Source: Granulicella sp. (GTDB lineage: Bacteria > Acidobacteriota > Terriglobia > Terriglobales > Acidobacteriaceae). Taken from it: 64,000 bases of DNA. Under the pieces are notes generated by a model. It had not been told where the DNA came from and did not search any database. It saw nothing but the letters and a program-made list of their open reading frames with translations. The position numbers were made by a program, and so were the translations under genes. The stretch is from the NCBI GenBank assembly GCA_027339965.1, contig DAHWNL010000039.1, positions 37,073 to 101,072 of the forward strand, in the 5' to 3' direction. This document shows, one piece after another, positions 52,818-61,482 of the stretch. Position 1 is the first letter of the stretch. Every line of letters begins with the position of its first letter.

Positions 52818-54182
52818 GTGAATGTGAGGCACTGGATCTCCTACATGCGATGGCTGCTACTGGCGGCAGCGATGAATTGCACCCTTGTACTTCCGAGTGC
52901 GCGCGGTCAGGGAAGCAGGTGCGGTGCGGGCAAGGATTTGATTGTGCAGGCGTTGGAACGCGCTGGACCGCAGAGCAGCGTGGCGGATTTTGAGGATGCT
53001 TTGGAGTTGCTCAAGAGTGCGGCGGCGATGTGCAGTGAGTTGGGCGATGCCTGGTACTACCGAAGCCTGGTGGAGGCTCGACTGGGAGATGCGGCTCTGG
53101 CGAGGTTCTCGGCTGACCAGGCACGGCTGGTCGGATCGGAGGCGCAGAACGAGGGCCTGAATCCGTTTGTTCTGGCGACTCCCTCGGGGCCGAGCGGTCG
53201 AGGCATTGGATCGGCCTCAGGGTCGGGAGCGCCTCCCCGAGCAAGTGCGGGTTCTAAGGTGATTCCGGGACCGGTGCAGCAGAAGTGGGCGTTGGTGATT
53301 GGGATCAGTCGCTTCTCTGATCACAACATTCCAGAGCTGAACTTTACGACCAACGATGCGCAGTCGTTCGCCGAGGTGCTTAGCGATCCTGGAGTGGGGC
53401 GCTTCCCGAAAGCGAATGTGCATATGTTGCTTAATGAGCAGGCGACCACGGTGCATATCAAAGAGCAGATCAATTGGATTGCGCGGCACGCCCAGCCCAA
53501 CGACATGGTGGTGATTTATATGGCGACGCATGGATCGCCACGCTCAATCGATACTGTGGGACAACTGAACTACCTGGTGACCTACGATACGGAGATTGAT
53601 AGCAGCGACCACCCGAATCAGGACGCGCTGTACGCAACGGCGTATCCGATGATCGATTTGACGAATGCAGTTGCGACACGCATGCGCGCTCTCCGGACGC
53701 TGGTGGTGTTGGATACCTGTTACAGCGGAGGATCAATCAAGAATGGTGGAAGGATGATGGGTAAAGGGTTGGCCAATACTTCGCCATCGGCGGCGACCTT
53801 GGAGCGAATGAGCGAAGGTACGGGAAGGATTGTCTTCGCGGCAGCAGGGGTAAATCAGGAATCGCTCGAGAGTCCGAAGCTGCGCCACGGTTATTTCACT
53901 TACTTTCTAATGCAGCAACTGCGCCAGAGCAAGGGACTAACGCCGTTGACGAACGTCTTCACTGCGGTGCAGAAGGAAGTTCCAAAGCAAGTGGCGGAGG
54001 ATGACCCGGGTGATGGCCTGCACCAGAATCCAGTGATGGCGCGAAGCTCGAATCAGGCGGACTTTGCGATTGGCGAACCGGGGACAACGTCGACCGCAGC
54101 GCGGCACCCGGTGGCGGCTTGGCTACCGGGTACCGTCTTGGCAGCTGCGGCTCCGGCTGCGCTTGGAGAGTCCCCACGGTGA
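52818..54182 (+). CDS. Secreted caspase-family (peptidase C14) protein with N-terminal TPR-like region
   Basis: KWALVIGISRF, catalytic His in YMATHG, catalytic Cys in LDTCYSGG, then NQESLE and HGYFTYFL; signal peptide; DAWYYRS TPR-like helix. Confidence 0.92.
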   Translation: MNVRHWISYMRWLLLAAAMNCTLVLPSARGQGSRCGAGKDLIVQALERAGPQSSVADFEDALELLKSAAAMCSELGDAWYYRSLVEARLGDAALARFSADQARLVGSEAQNEGLNPFVLATPSGPSGRGIGSASGSGAPPRASAGSKVIPGPVQQKWALVIGISRFSDHNIPELNFTTNDAQSFAEVLSDPGVGRFPKANVHMLLNEQATTVHIKEQINWIARHAQPNDMVVIYMATHGSPRSIDTVGQLNYLVTYDTEIDSSDHPNQDALYATAYPMIDLTNAVATRMRALRTLVVLDTCYSGGSIKNGGRMMGKGLANTSPSAATLERMSEGTGRIVFAAAGVNQESLESPKLRHGYFTYFLMQQLRQSKGLTPLTNVFTAVQKEVPKQVAEDDPGDGLHQNPVMARSSNQADFAIGEPGTTSTAARHPVAAWLPGTVLAAAAPAALGESPR

Positions 54183-54492
54183 GGTATCGCGTCGAGTAGC
54201 TGGAGCAGGGCAGCCAAACTCCGGAGCTTGTTTCGAAGCTATATTCCTCGGTGCCAATATCTGCACTCGGGAGAAACGAGAACGGCCTATTCCATGCATT
54301 CGTGCAGACGCCATACTGCTTTCGCCGAAACATTTCCGCAGAAATCGGAGTTCATCAGCGGTCAATTCCAATGGTTTGTCGATCTGGGCGAAGGCAATTG
54401 TTCGCATCAAGTCGTCGTGGATTAGGGAAGCTCTGATCAAGTTCCCAACGGGCATTCATTGCGTCTAAACGTATAGGTGGACCAAGAACGCA

Positions 54493-54619
54493 GTGCGCCA
54501 ACTTACGTTCACCACGCAGCCGAGTTTTGAAAAGTACGCTCGCAAGAGCCGCCGGGAGGGATGTCTTTCCACCATGCAGGCCGTTCTTCCCTGGGCCGAG
54601 CTTCAAGCGCGCATCGCGC
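54493..54619 (+). pseudogene. IS5 transposase N-terminal 42 codons
   Basis: VRQLTFTTQPSFEKYARKSRREGCLSTMQAVLPWAELQARIA; not in the ORF track. Confidence 0.8.
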
Positions 54620-54647
54620 GTGACCGGTATCGGAACCGCAGGTAGGG

Positions 54648-55070
54648 TCAAGGGAGGGAGGTTTCGCTTTGCAGAGCGGCCAGGCGGAATTTCTGCGTAA
54701 CTTTCCAGCGGTCGGGTAGCCAGTTTGGCAGGTCGCTGACGTGCAGCGTCGACAGATTGACCAGCAATTGCGTGAGATAGATCTGAGGATCGATGTCGTG
54801 ACGGCGGCAGGTTGAGGTAGGGCTGGCCAGGATAGCCGCCGTCCAGCCGCCGCGGGCGTTGCCAACGAACAACGAATTCTTCCGATTTAGCACCACCCGT
54901 TTCATCTCGCGCTCGGAAACGTTGTTGTCGATACGTACCGCGCCGTCGGAGGCAAACACGGTCAGTTCACGTACCGCGCCGTCGGAGGCAAACACGGTCA
55001 GTTCCTCCCATAGCCAGGGCATAGTTGAGTGCCTCGGCCATGGGATGCTTGGGCAACAACTGCTCCTTCC
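54648..55070 (-). pseudogene. IS66 family transposase (TnpC) C-terminal fragment
   Basis: LLPKHPMAEALNYAL (frameshift), IDNNVSEREMKRVVLNRKNSLFVG, TCRRHDIDPQIYL. Confidence 0.88.
54933..55004. repeat. Perfect 36 bp tandem duplication
   Basis: ACGTACCGCGCCGTCGGAGGCAAACACGGTCAGTTC twice; encodes ELTVFASDGAVR twice on the minus strand. Confidence 0.95.
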
Positions 55071-55518
55071 AGACCGGCCCCCTGTAGGGCTGCCTTCACC
55101 CAGGTATAGCTCAGGTCGATCCCGTGCTCCTGGCCCAGCTTCTCATGAAAATGCAGCACGTTCAGATCGAAATACCGCTCCCGATATAGCCCAAGAACCT
55201 GCTCCACTTGCTCCAAAGGCACCCGCTTTTGGCTTGGCCGGCCACGCCGTCGATCCATCAGTCCGTCATATCCCTCGGCTTCGTACCGCTCCCGCCAGCG
55301 CCGCATCTGCCGGTCGCTGATGCCCAAAATCTCTGCCGCTTGCCACCACGTGATCTTCCTCGCTATGGCACGCAATATCACTTCTTGCACCTTCATCGCC
55401 CGCTCCACTGCGGCCCTCGGATAGAACTCCATGCTCGTCTGCATGGAGCCATCTTCGCCGCCCGCTATGCGGACATTTCATTCGCTAAAGCTACCGGACA
55501 TATCATGTGCTAACGACA
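55071..55518 (-). mobile_element. Truncated IS1202-type (ISNCY) element: left end plus HTH part of the transposase
   Basis: End begins TGTCGTTAGC with two TGAnATGTCCG subterminal repeats; ITWWQAAEILGISDRQMRRWRERY...HFHEKL...LSYTWVK; DDE domain absent. Confidence 0.75.
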
Positions 55519-55619
55519 AGCGTGATCTTCCATCTTGCGCTCTCGTTCAGAATGCTGTACAGTCAAGTGCCGGTCGAGATTTTTGCAGCGAACAGCGATG
55601 AGGGTCTTAACCGTTTGTG

Positions 55620-55898
55620 TCAGCCGAGGGGGCAACCCCAGTTGAGGGCGTAGTGTCCAAAGCGGTTGAGATGCTCGGTCAGGTATGGGATGGAGCAAGC
55701 AATGAGGTTCGCGTCCAATTCATAGCCCTCTGTGACCAGTCGTTCCAGTGCGTTGCTCATGGTCACAATGTTATGGAAGATCAAGAGATTGGCGACAAGG
55801 TGGTTGTATTTGATGAACTTGCGCTGCTCGTCCCGAATTCCTTCTGCTGCCAATGCTCCGCCGCCGAAGGCTATTCACTGAAGAAACTGATTGAACGC
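55620..55898 (-). pseudogene. Tn3 family transposase C-terminal fragment
   Basis: FNQFLQ*IAFGG...RDEQRKFIKYNHLVANLLIFHN...PYLTEHLNRFGHY. Confidence 0.85.
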
Positions 55899-55923
55899 TG
55901 AAGCGGCTGGGAGGGATCGCCTC

Positions 55924-57684
55924 ATGTGGATCGGTGCTCGGTGCGTGCAAATCAACCAGGCTGCCATCGCATGGGCCGTGGCGGCAACCGTGGCGCTGGG
56001 CTTTGCTCCCATGGCGTGGGCGGCAGCAGCGCACGCAGTAACGATGCCCACAGTCGCGGCTCATGGCATGCCGCATCTGGAACAGGAACATGGCGCAACT
56101 CAGTTGGTGGTCAATGGCAGGCCATTTCTGGCAATCGGCGGCGAACTGCAGAACTCCTCGGCGTCCAGCTTAAAGTTCATGGACAATCAAGTATGGCCCA
56201 AGGTCGTGGCCATGCACTTCAACACCGTCATTGCCCCCGTGTACTGGGATCTGATCGAGCCCCAGGAAGGCCGTTTTGATTTCACCACAGTCGATGGGCT
56301 CATCGCCGGAGCCAGAGCACGGCACATCAAGCTCGTGCTGCTCTGGTTTGGAACCTGGAAGAACAGCATGTCCTGCTACGTGCCGGATTGGGTCAAAGAG
56401 AATCAGACGCGCTTTCCCAGGGCGGAGTCTGCCGACGGGCGCAAATTGGAGATCTTGTCGGCAGTGAGCAAAAGCAACCTGGACCAGGACAAGGCTGCCT
56501 TCGTGGCGCTCATGCGGCACCTCAAGCAGTTCGATGGAGTCCAACATACGGTGATCCTCGTGCAGGTGGAAAATGAAGTCGGGATGATTGAAGTAGGACT
56601 GGTCTTTGCACCCGGCGGAGTCCAGCCACGCGATCAAAGCAAGGCGGCGAATCAGGCCTTTCAGCAGCCCGTTCCCTCGGCCCTCACCGATTATCTCAAG
56701 CAGCATCGGGCCACCCTGCAGCCCTGGCTCAAGCAGACCTGGGAGTCCCATGGCGCACGGACGGGCGCCAGTTGGACGGCAACCTTCGGTCCCGGGCCAG
56801 TCACCGACGACCTGTTCACCACCTGGACAGAGGCGCAGTACACCAACCAAGTCGCCGCCGCAGGGAAAAAAGTCTATCCACTTCCGATGTATGTGAATGC
56901 CGCGCTAGTTGGCCCCGGCAATCCTGTCGGCATGGTTCCCAACGGCGCTCCGCTGCCGCAGTTGTTTGATCTGTGGCGAGCCGCGATACAGTCCACAGGC
57001 GGGGCAATCAACTTCTTCTCTCCGGACATCTACTCTCCCAACTTCAATCACTGGGCGGATGCCTACGCGCAGCCTTGGAATCCGCTGTTCGTGCCAGAGA
57101 GTGGAGGTGCCAGCCCGGCAAACCTCGGTCTGAATGCGCTCTATGCCTTCGGCGAACACGATGCTATGGGGTATTCGGTCTACGCCCCGGAGTTTTTGCC
57201 CCCTGATCGACAGAAAGCGCTCGGCGACGCCTATGACGTCATCCGCCAGATCACGCCGTTGATTTTGCAGAAGCAGGGAACCGCACAGATGGTCGGAATT
57301 CGCACCCCGCTGAGCAGGAGCGGCAAGCCGGATCTTTCGCCGCAGACCTTTCAGCTTGGCGGTTACCAATTTACCGCGCAGTTCACCCGCCAGTCCTACA
57401 CAGAGAGAGGCAAGCCGCTTCCCGGTGCCCACGGAGGCCTCGTCATCGCCATGGGGCCCAATCAGTTTCTGGTCGCGGGAACAGGAATGTCCCTTCAATT
57501 TTCCGGCACTAGGAAGCCCGGCGCGCAGGCGGGGATCGATTCCATCTGGGAAGGTCAGTTCGTGGATGGCAAGTGGACGCCTGGACGCGAGCTCAACGGT
57601 GATGACGACCACCAGGGACGTTGGCTTTCACTCCCATCCAATCAACTCGTCCTTCGCATGGTCAGGCTCTATACCTACCAGTGA
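55924..57684 (+). CDS. Secreted GH35-like beta-galactosidase with DUF5597-type C-terminus
   Basis: GGELQNSS, PVYWDLIEPQEGRFDF, WFGTWKNSMS, VQVENEVG, FSPDIY, PLFVPE, RELNGD; GGGAGG RBS. Confidence 0.88.
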   Translation: MWIGARCVQINQAAIAWAVAATVALGFAPMAWAAAAHAVTMPTVAAHGMPHLEQEHGATQLVVNGRPFLAIGGELQNSSASSLKFMDNQVWPKVVAMHFNTVIAPVYWDLIEPQEGRFDFTTVDGLIAGARARHIKLVLLWFGTWKNSMSCYVPDWVKENQTRFPRAESADGRKLEILSAVSKSNLDQDKAAFVALMRHLKQFDGVQHTVILVQVENEVGMIEVGLVFAPGGVQPRDQSKAANQAFQQPVPSALTDYLKQHRATLQPWLKQTWESHGARTGASWTATFGPGPVTDDLFTTWTEAQYTNQVAAAGKKVYPLPMYVNAALVGPGNPVGMVPNGAPLPQLFDLWRAAIQSTGGAINFFSPDIYSPNFNHWADAYAQPWNPLFVPESGGASPANLGLNALYAFGEHDAMGYSVYAPEFLPPDRQKALGDAYDVIRQITPLILQKQGTAQMVGIRTPLSRSGKPDLSPQTFQLGGYQFTAQFTRQSYTERGKPLPGAHGGLVIAMGPNQFLVAGTGMSLQFSGTRKPGAQAGIDSIWEGQFVDGKWTPGRELNGDDDHQGRWLSLPSNQLVLRMVRLYTYQ

Positions 57685-58025
57685 CTCCCCAGTGACTCCC
57701 TGGAGCCGGACATTCCCTCCTTGGTGCGGAAATTCGCAGCATGAACCCCTTAAAACTATGGTCTTCCCCATGGCTTTGCCGCCCGCGCCTTTACGTCCCC
57801 TCCGGCGTCCTCAAAGGCTGATGTGGCCTCTTCATCCACCCCCCGCTCGGTAGCCCGCCACGCTCCAGACCGCCCGCAACCCCGTCCCCGCAGCGCCGGC
57901 GAAAGGGACACTTCTCTTGCCCAATGTCGTGTGGCCAGTCATCCAACCAGAAGACGCTGCTGACTTCGACCAAACTTCCGAACAATAGCGTCACATTCGC
58001 TTACGGATGGTCGCGCATCCGTCAC

Positions 58026-58850
58026 CGCCGCACTATCCCAAGTCGGGCAAGCGCCGTCATCCGGTGGGCTCAGCGTGATGCTGCGCATTTACTTTCTGTA
58101 GCGCTGGTTTGCGCTCGCCGACCCCGGCTGCGACGACGCGCTCTACGAGTCGCCCGTGCTACGCGGCTTCTGCGGCATCGATCTGGGGCGTGCGCCGGTG
58201 CCCGACGAGACGACCATTGTGAACTTTCGTCACCTGCTTGAATCCCACGATTTATGCGGGAAAATGCTGGAAGGGTCAGTCACTATCTGGCTTCGAAGGG
58301 GTTGCGCCTCGCGACCGGAACGATTGTGGATGCGACCATCATTGTCGCGCCGAGTTCGACGAAGAACGCCAAGTAAGGAGCGCGATCCAGCGATGCATCA
58401 TACGAAGAAGGGCAATCAGTATTACTTCGGCTCCAAGGCGCATATCGGCGTGGATAGTAAGTCAGGGGTGGTGCATTCGGTAGGCACTTCGGGGGCCAGT
58501 GTACATGGCAAGCACATGTTACCCGAGTTGCTGCATGGCAATGAGACAAGGTCTGGGGCGACGGCGGCTATCAGCGGCAGACGGAAGTGATCCGCGAGGC
58601 GACGCCTGCCGCGCAGGACCTGACCAATCACCGCGCGAAGACTCACACGGAAGAAGTGAACCAGGAAGTGAAGAAGAAGAAGAACCGCACCAAGTCGCGT
58701 GCGTGCGAAGATGGAATGGCCATTCCGAATTCTGAAGCGCATCTTCAAGTACACGAAGGTGCGCCATCGGGGATTGGTAAAACATCAGCACTGACATTTG
58801 GCAGTCTTCGCGCTGGTCAGTGTTTATCAGCATCGCCAGCCGTTGTTGAA
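58026..58850 (+). pseudogene. IS5 transposase remainder, with stops and frameshifts
   Basis: PHYPKSG, MLRIYFL*RWF, VPDETTIVNFRHLLE, IVDATII, KKGNQYYFGSKAHIGVD, EWPFRILKRIF. Confidence 0.9.
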
Positions 58851-59038
58851 GTCGTTGCCAGCGTTGGCCCCGCAGGAGGCGCAGTCTCTCTGCGGGCCGG
58901 AAATCGGTCCGCAGAGACGAGAACGAAGGCAGGTTGCAGAACATTCAGCCGAAACACTCGATACCACGGCGCGCGAACTCATCACAGAGAGCAGACTTTC
59001 TTCAGCTGCAAGAAAATCATGGCCTGATCAGAGGTTCC

Positions 59039-59977
59039 CTAATAGCTCCATTCCTTGTCGAGCACCGGATGGAGAATCTTTCGCACCTCCTCCACCAGGC
59101 TCCTGTCGTAGGGCCCCTCGCACTCTGCAACATTCCTTCGCACGGTCTCCGCGCTCGCAGAGCTGAACAGCGTGGTTGGTATCTCCGGATTTTGGCTGGA
59201 GAACTGCAACGCCAGACGGCTGATTGACGCACCCTGTGATTGACAGAAGACGGCAGCCCTCCGGAACAGACTCCGATCCTCCTCACTGGCTGGGTGCCAG
59301 GTGGCTGGTCCTCGATCCGTGAGCAGGCCGGAGGCGAACGGAGAACCGTTGATAACACCGATTCCCTTCTCTCTTGCGGCAGGCAGCAGATCGAGAAGCT
59401 GCGTATCGTTCAGGCAGTAATGATTGTGAACCAGAGCAGCATCAATCTCAAGCGCAGCAAAGATCCGTCTCCAGAGGTCCATCGGATAGAGGCCGAAGCT
59501 GACCGCCCCAATCCGACCCTCGCGTTTGAGTTCGCAAACTGTCTCATACCCTTCGCTCAATGCCCATTCTGTATACGCTCGGTTCTTATACTCGATGTCG
59601 TGAATATGGATGATGTCAAAATAATCCGTTCCCAACCGCCGAGCGCTCTCCTCCAGTGAAGACCGGATCCGGGATCGCGAATAGTCAAGTGTATCGTTAC
59701 CGTAACTACCCGGCTCCGTATACTTGCCGACTTTGGTCGATAGGTAGTAAGCGTCTCGCGGAATTCCTTGCAAGGCCTTGCCCAAAATCGTTTCGGATAG
59801 AGTACCGCCGTAGGCTGGCGCAACATCAAAGTAGTTGATGCCACAGTCAAGAGCCTGATGCACGGCGGCTATCGCATCGGATTCATCCACAGGATGAAAG
59901 ACGCCACCCAGAGCCGATGCTCCGAAGCTGAGTCTGGAAACGTTCAGACCTGTTTTGCCAAGCAATGTGTATTCCAT
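59039..59977 (-). CDS. Aldo/keto reductase (L-galactose/L-fucose dehydrogenase-like)
   Basis: LGKTGLNVSRLSFGASALG, GINYFDVAPAYG, LSTKVGKY, IHIHDIE. Confidence 0.9.
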   Translation of the reverse strand: MEYTLLGKTGLNVSRLSFGASALGGVFHPVDESDAIAAVHQALDCGINYFDVAPAYGGTLSETILGKALQGIPRDAYYLSTKVGKYTEPGSYGNDTLDYSRSRIRSSLEESARRLGTDYFDIIHIHDIEYKNRAYTEWALSEGYETVCELKREGRIGAVSFGLYPMDLWRRIFAALEIDAALVHNHYCLNDTQLLDLLPAAREKGIGVINGSPFASGLLTDRGPATWHPASEEDRSLFRRAAVFCQSQGASISRLALQFSSQNPEIPTTLFSSASAETVRRNVAECEGPYDRSLVEEVRKILHPVLDKEWSY

Positions 59978-60193
59978 GTCAAAAGCATCCACCTTTCATA
60001 AGTTCAGAGATCATCAAGGGGTGGCGAACCAGCTCTCCTGTTGCGCAGTCATGCTCTTGGATCCAGTATCCATGCTGACAGGCATGGAGCGAATTGGCTT
60101 CTTCTCATGACTGACCGCTGACGCTTCTTCCAAGGCATCGTCTTGCCGGTCGATTTTTAGCAATGGAATCACCTCTCCACCGGCGCCTTCCGG

Positions 60194-61213
60194 CTAAGCT
60201 TTGGTCATCGAACTGCCGGCGGCAAGCAGCACGATGGAACAGAGGAGAATGGAAAGACCGGCGTAGAGCCTGCGAATCGATCGCCCGGATGCTTCATTCC
60301 ATTCTCCCGTAATGAATCCAAAGATGTTGGCTACCAGAAGAGAAAGCGCTATATTCATGGCCCAGCCAACCGATGTGCCCAACCGCCCGAGATAATACGC
60401 TCCCATGCCGTAAGGAATGGTTGCGACGAACCAGATAACGCCCATGAGAACTCCCATCCCCCAGTCATGGGCGGCATCCGGACCCACATTTTTTCGCCAT
60501 GTTCCCCTTCGTATCTGCAAACCACCAAACCACAGCAGCAGCGCTACCGCCGCGCCCCAAAACACAGGCAGCCAACTGGCCAGAGTCGAGAATGCCGGGC
60601 TTGCTCCCAGTCGCAAGGCCTCGTCTCCCAGCTGGCTGGTAAAGGCAAATCCCAAGTTTGCGCAGGAGCTTAGAAGGCCGGATAGAGCGCAGACCACGAC
60701 AGCCAACTTGAATCTGCGCGCCTGCCCTGCCGCACCTGCTGCGCGCTCCCGCAGCGCGCCCGCCCTTCCGCAGATACTGACCCCAAGCACACATCCCGCA
60801 ATACCGGCCACAATGACGGCGCCGCCTGGAGTAAGCAGTTCAGTCCTTGATTTCACGACAAGAGGCAGGATGGAGCCTATAGCGGTGTTGATCCCCATAA
60901 TGACTGCGAATCCCACAGACATGCCGGCCAGGGTAACTCCATATCCGAAAAGAATGGCGCCTATACCCCAGCCAAAGCCATACGCTGCTCCCAGCCACAC
61001 GGTTCCGGAGCCGGCGGCTCGCAGCGCGGCGAGCCAATGGGGTAGAACAGACATCGCCATCGCGAAGGGAAGCACGATCATCATCATGATCGTGGCTGGA
61101 ATGTAGATGTTCTCCAGCTCAAATGTCTTGCGTTTTTTGAGGGGCACTGCCAGGCCGCCGCCCGCAAGGGCGGCGATGAGAACCAACAAAAAGCCCAATG
61201 CGATGGAGCGCAT
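60194..61213 (-). CDS. rhaT: RhaT family sugar/proton symporter
   Basis: About 10 TM helices, GFGWGIGAILFG, GINTAIGSILP, GTSVGW, GFITGEW. The substrate is not established. Confidence 0.8.
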   Translation of the reverse strand: MRSIALGFLLVLIAALAGGGLAVPLKKRKTFELENIYIPATIMMMIVLPFAMAMSVLPHWLAALRAAGSGTVWLGAAYGFGWGIGAILFGYGVTLAGMSVGFAVIMGINTAIGSILPLVVKSRTELLTPGGAVIVAGIAGCVLGVSICGRAGALRERAAGAAGQARRFKLAVVVCALSGLLSSCANLGFAFTSQLGDEALRLGASPAFSTLASWLPVFWGAAVALLLWFGGLQIRRGTWRKNVGPDAAHDWGMGVLMGVIWFVATIPYGMGAYYLGRLGTSVGWAMNIALSLLVANIFGFITGEWNEASGRSIRRLYAGLSILLCSIVLLAAGSSMTKA

Positions 61214-61232
61214 GCGAATCAACCTCGACCTT

Positions 61233-61270
61233 CCCTACAACATGCCCTTACAACATACCCTTACGACATA
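61233..61270. repeat. Three tandem 12-13 bp repeats just upstream of the rhaT RBS
   Basis: CCCTACAACATG CCCTTACAACATA CCCTTACGACATA. Confidence 0.8.
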
Positions 61271-61482
61271 CAAAGAGACGACCATGCCTGGAACAGGCAT
61301 GGTCGATTCAACTGCGGATCGATATTGAATCGGCCCTCTTCGAAATTTGATCTCATTTCTTTCGCTTCCTCCGTACGGATGAATCTCTGGCAGGCTTCCT
61401 GCCACGGCGTTTTCATTCCACCCATGTCAGTGTGGCGTCCGCAACCGTTCAAGCCGCAGGCGCCAGCCGCGCGCCGATGCCT

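Larger units (their letters stand above)
54425..59039 (+). mobile_element. IS5-family element interrupted by a 3.4 kb nested insertion
   Basis: Inverted ends GGGAAGCTCTGATCA (54425-54439) and TGATCAGAGGTTCCC (59025-59039) match at 14/15 and are each flanked by TA; transposase halves lie at 54493-54619 and from 58026. Confidence 0.85.

Noticed and set aside
54933..55004. CRISPR repeat pair (36 bp)
   Set aside because: The copies are directly adjacent with no spacer, lie inside a transposase, and there are no cas genes.
57700..58025. IS66 tnpA as an annotated gene
   Set aside because: The position and a CGCTTAC end-like motif (57998-58004) fit an IS66 left end, but the translation is too degraded to call.
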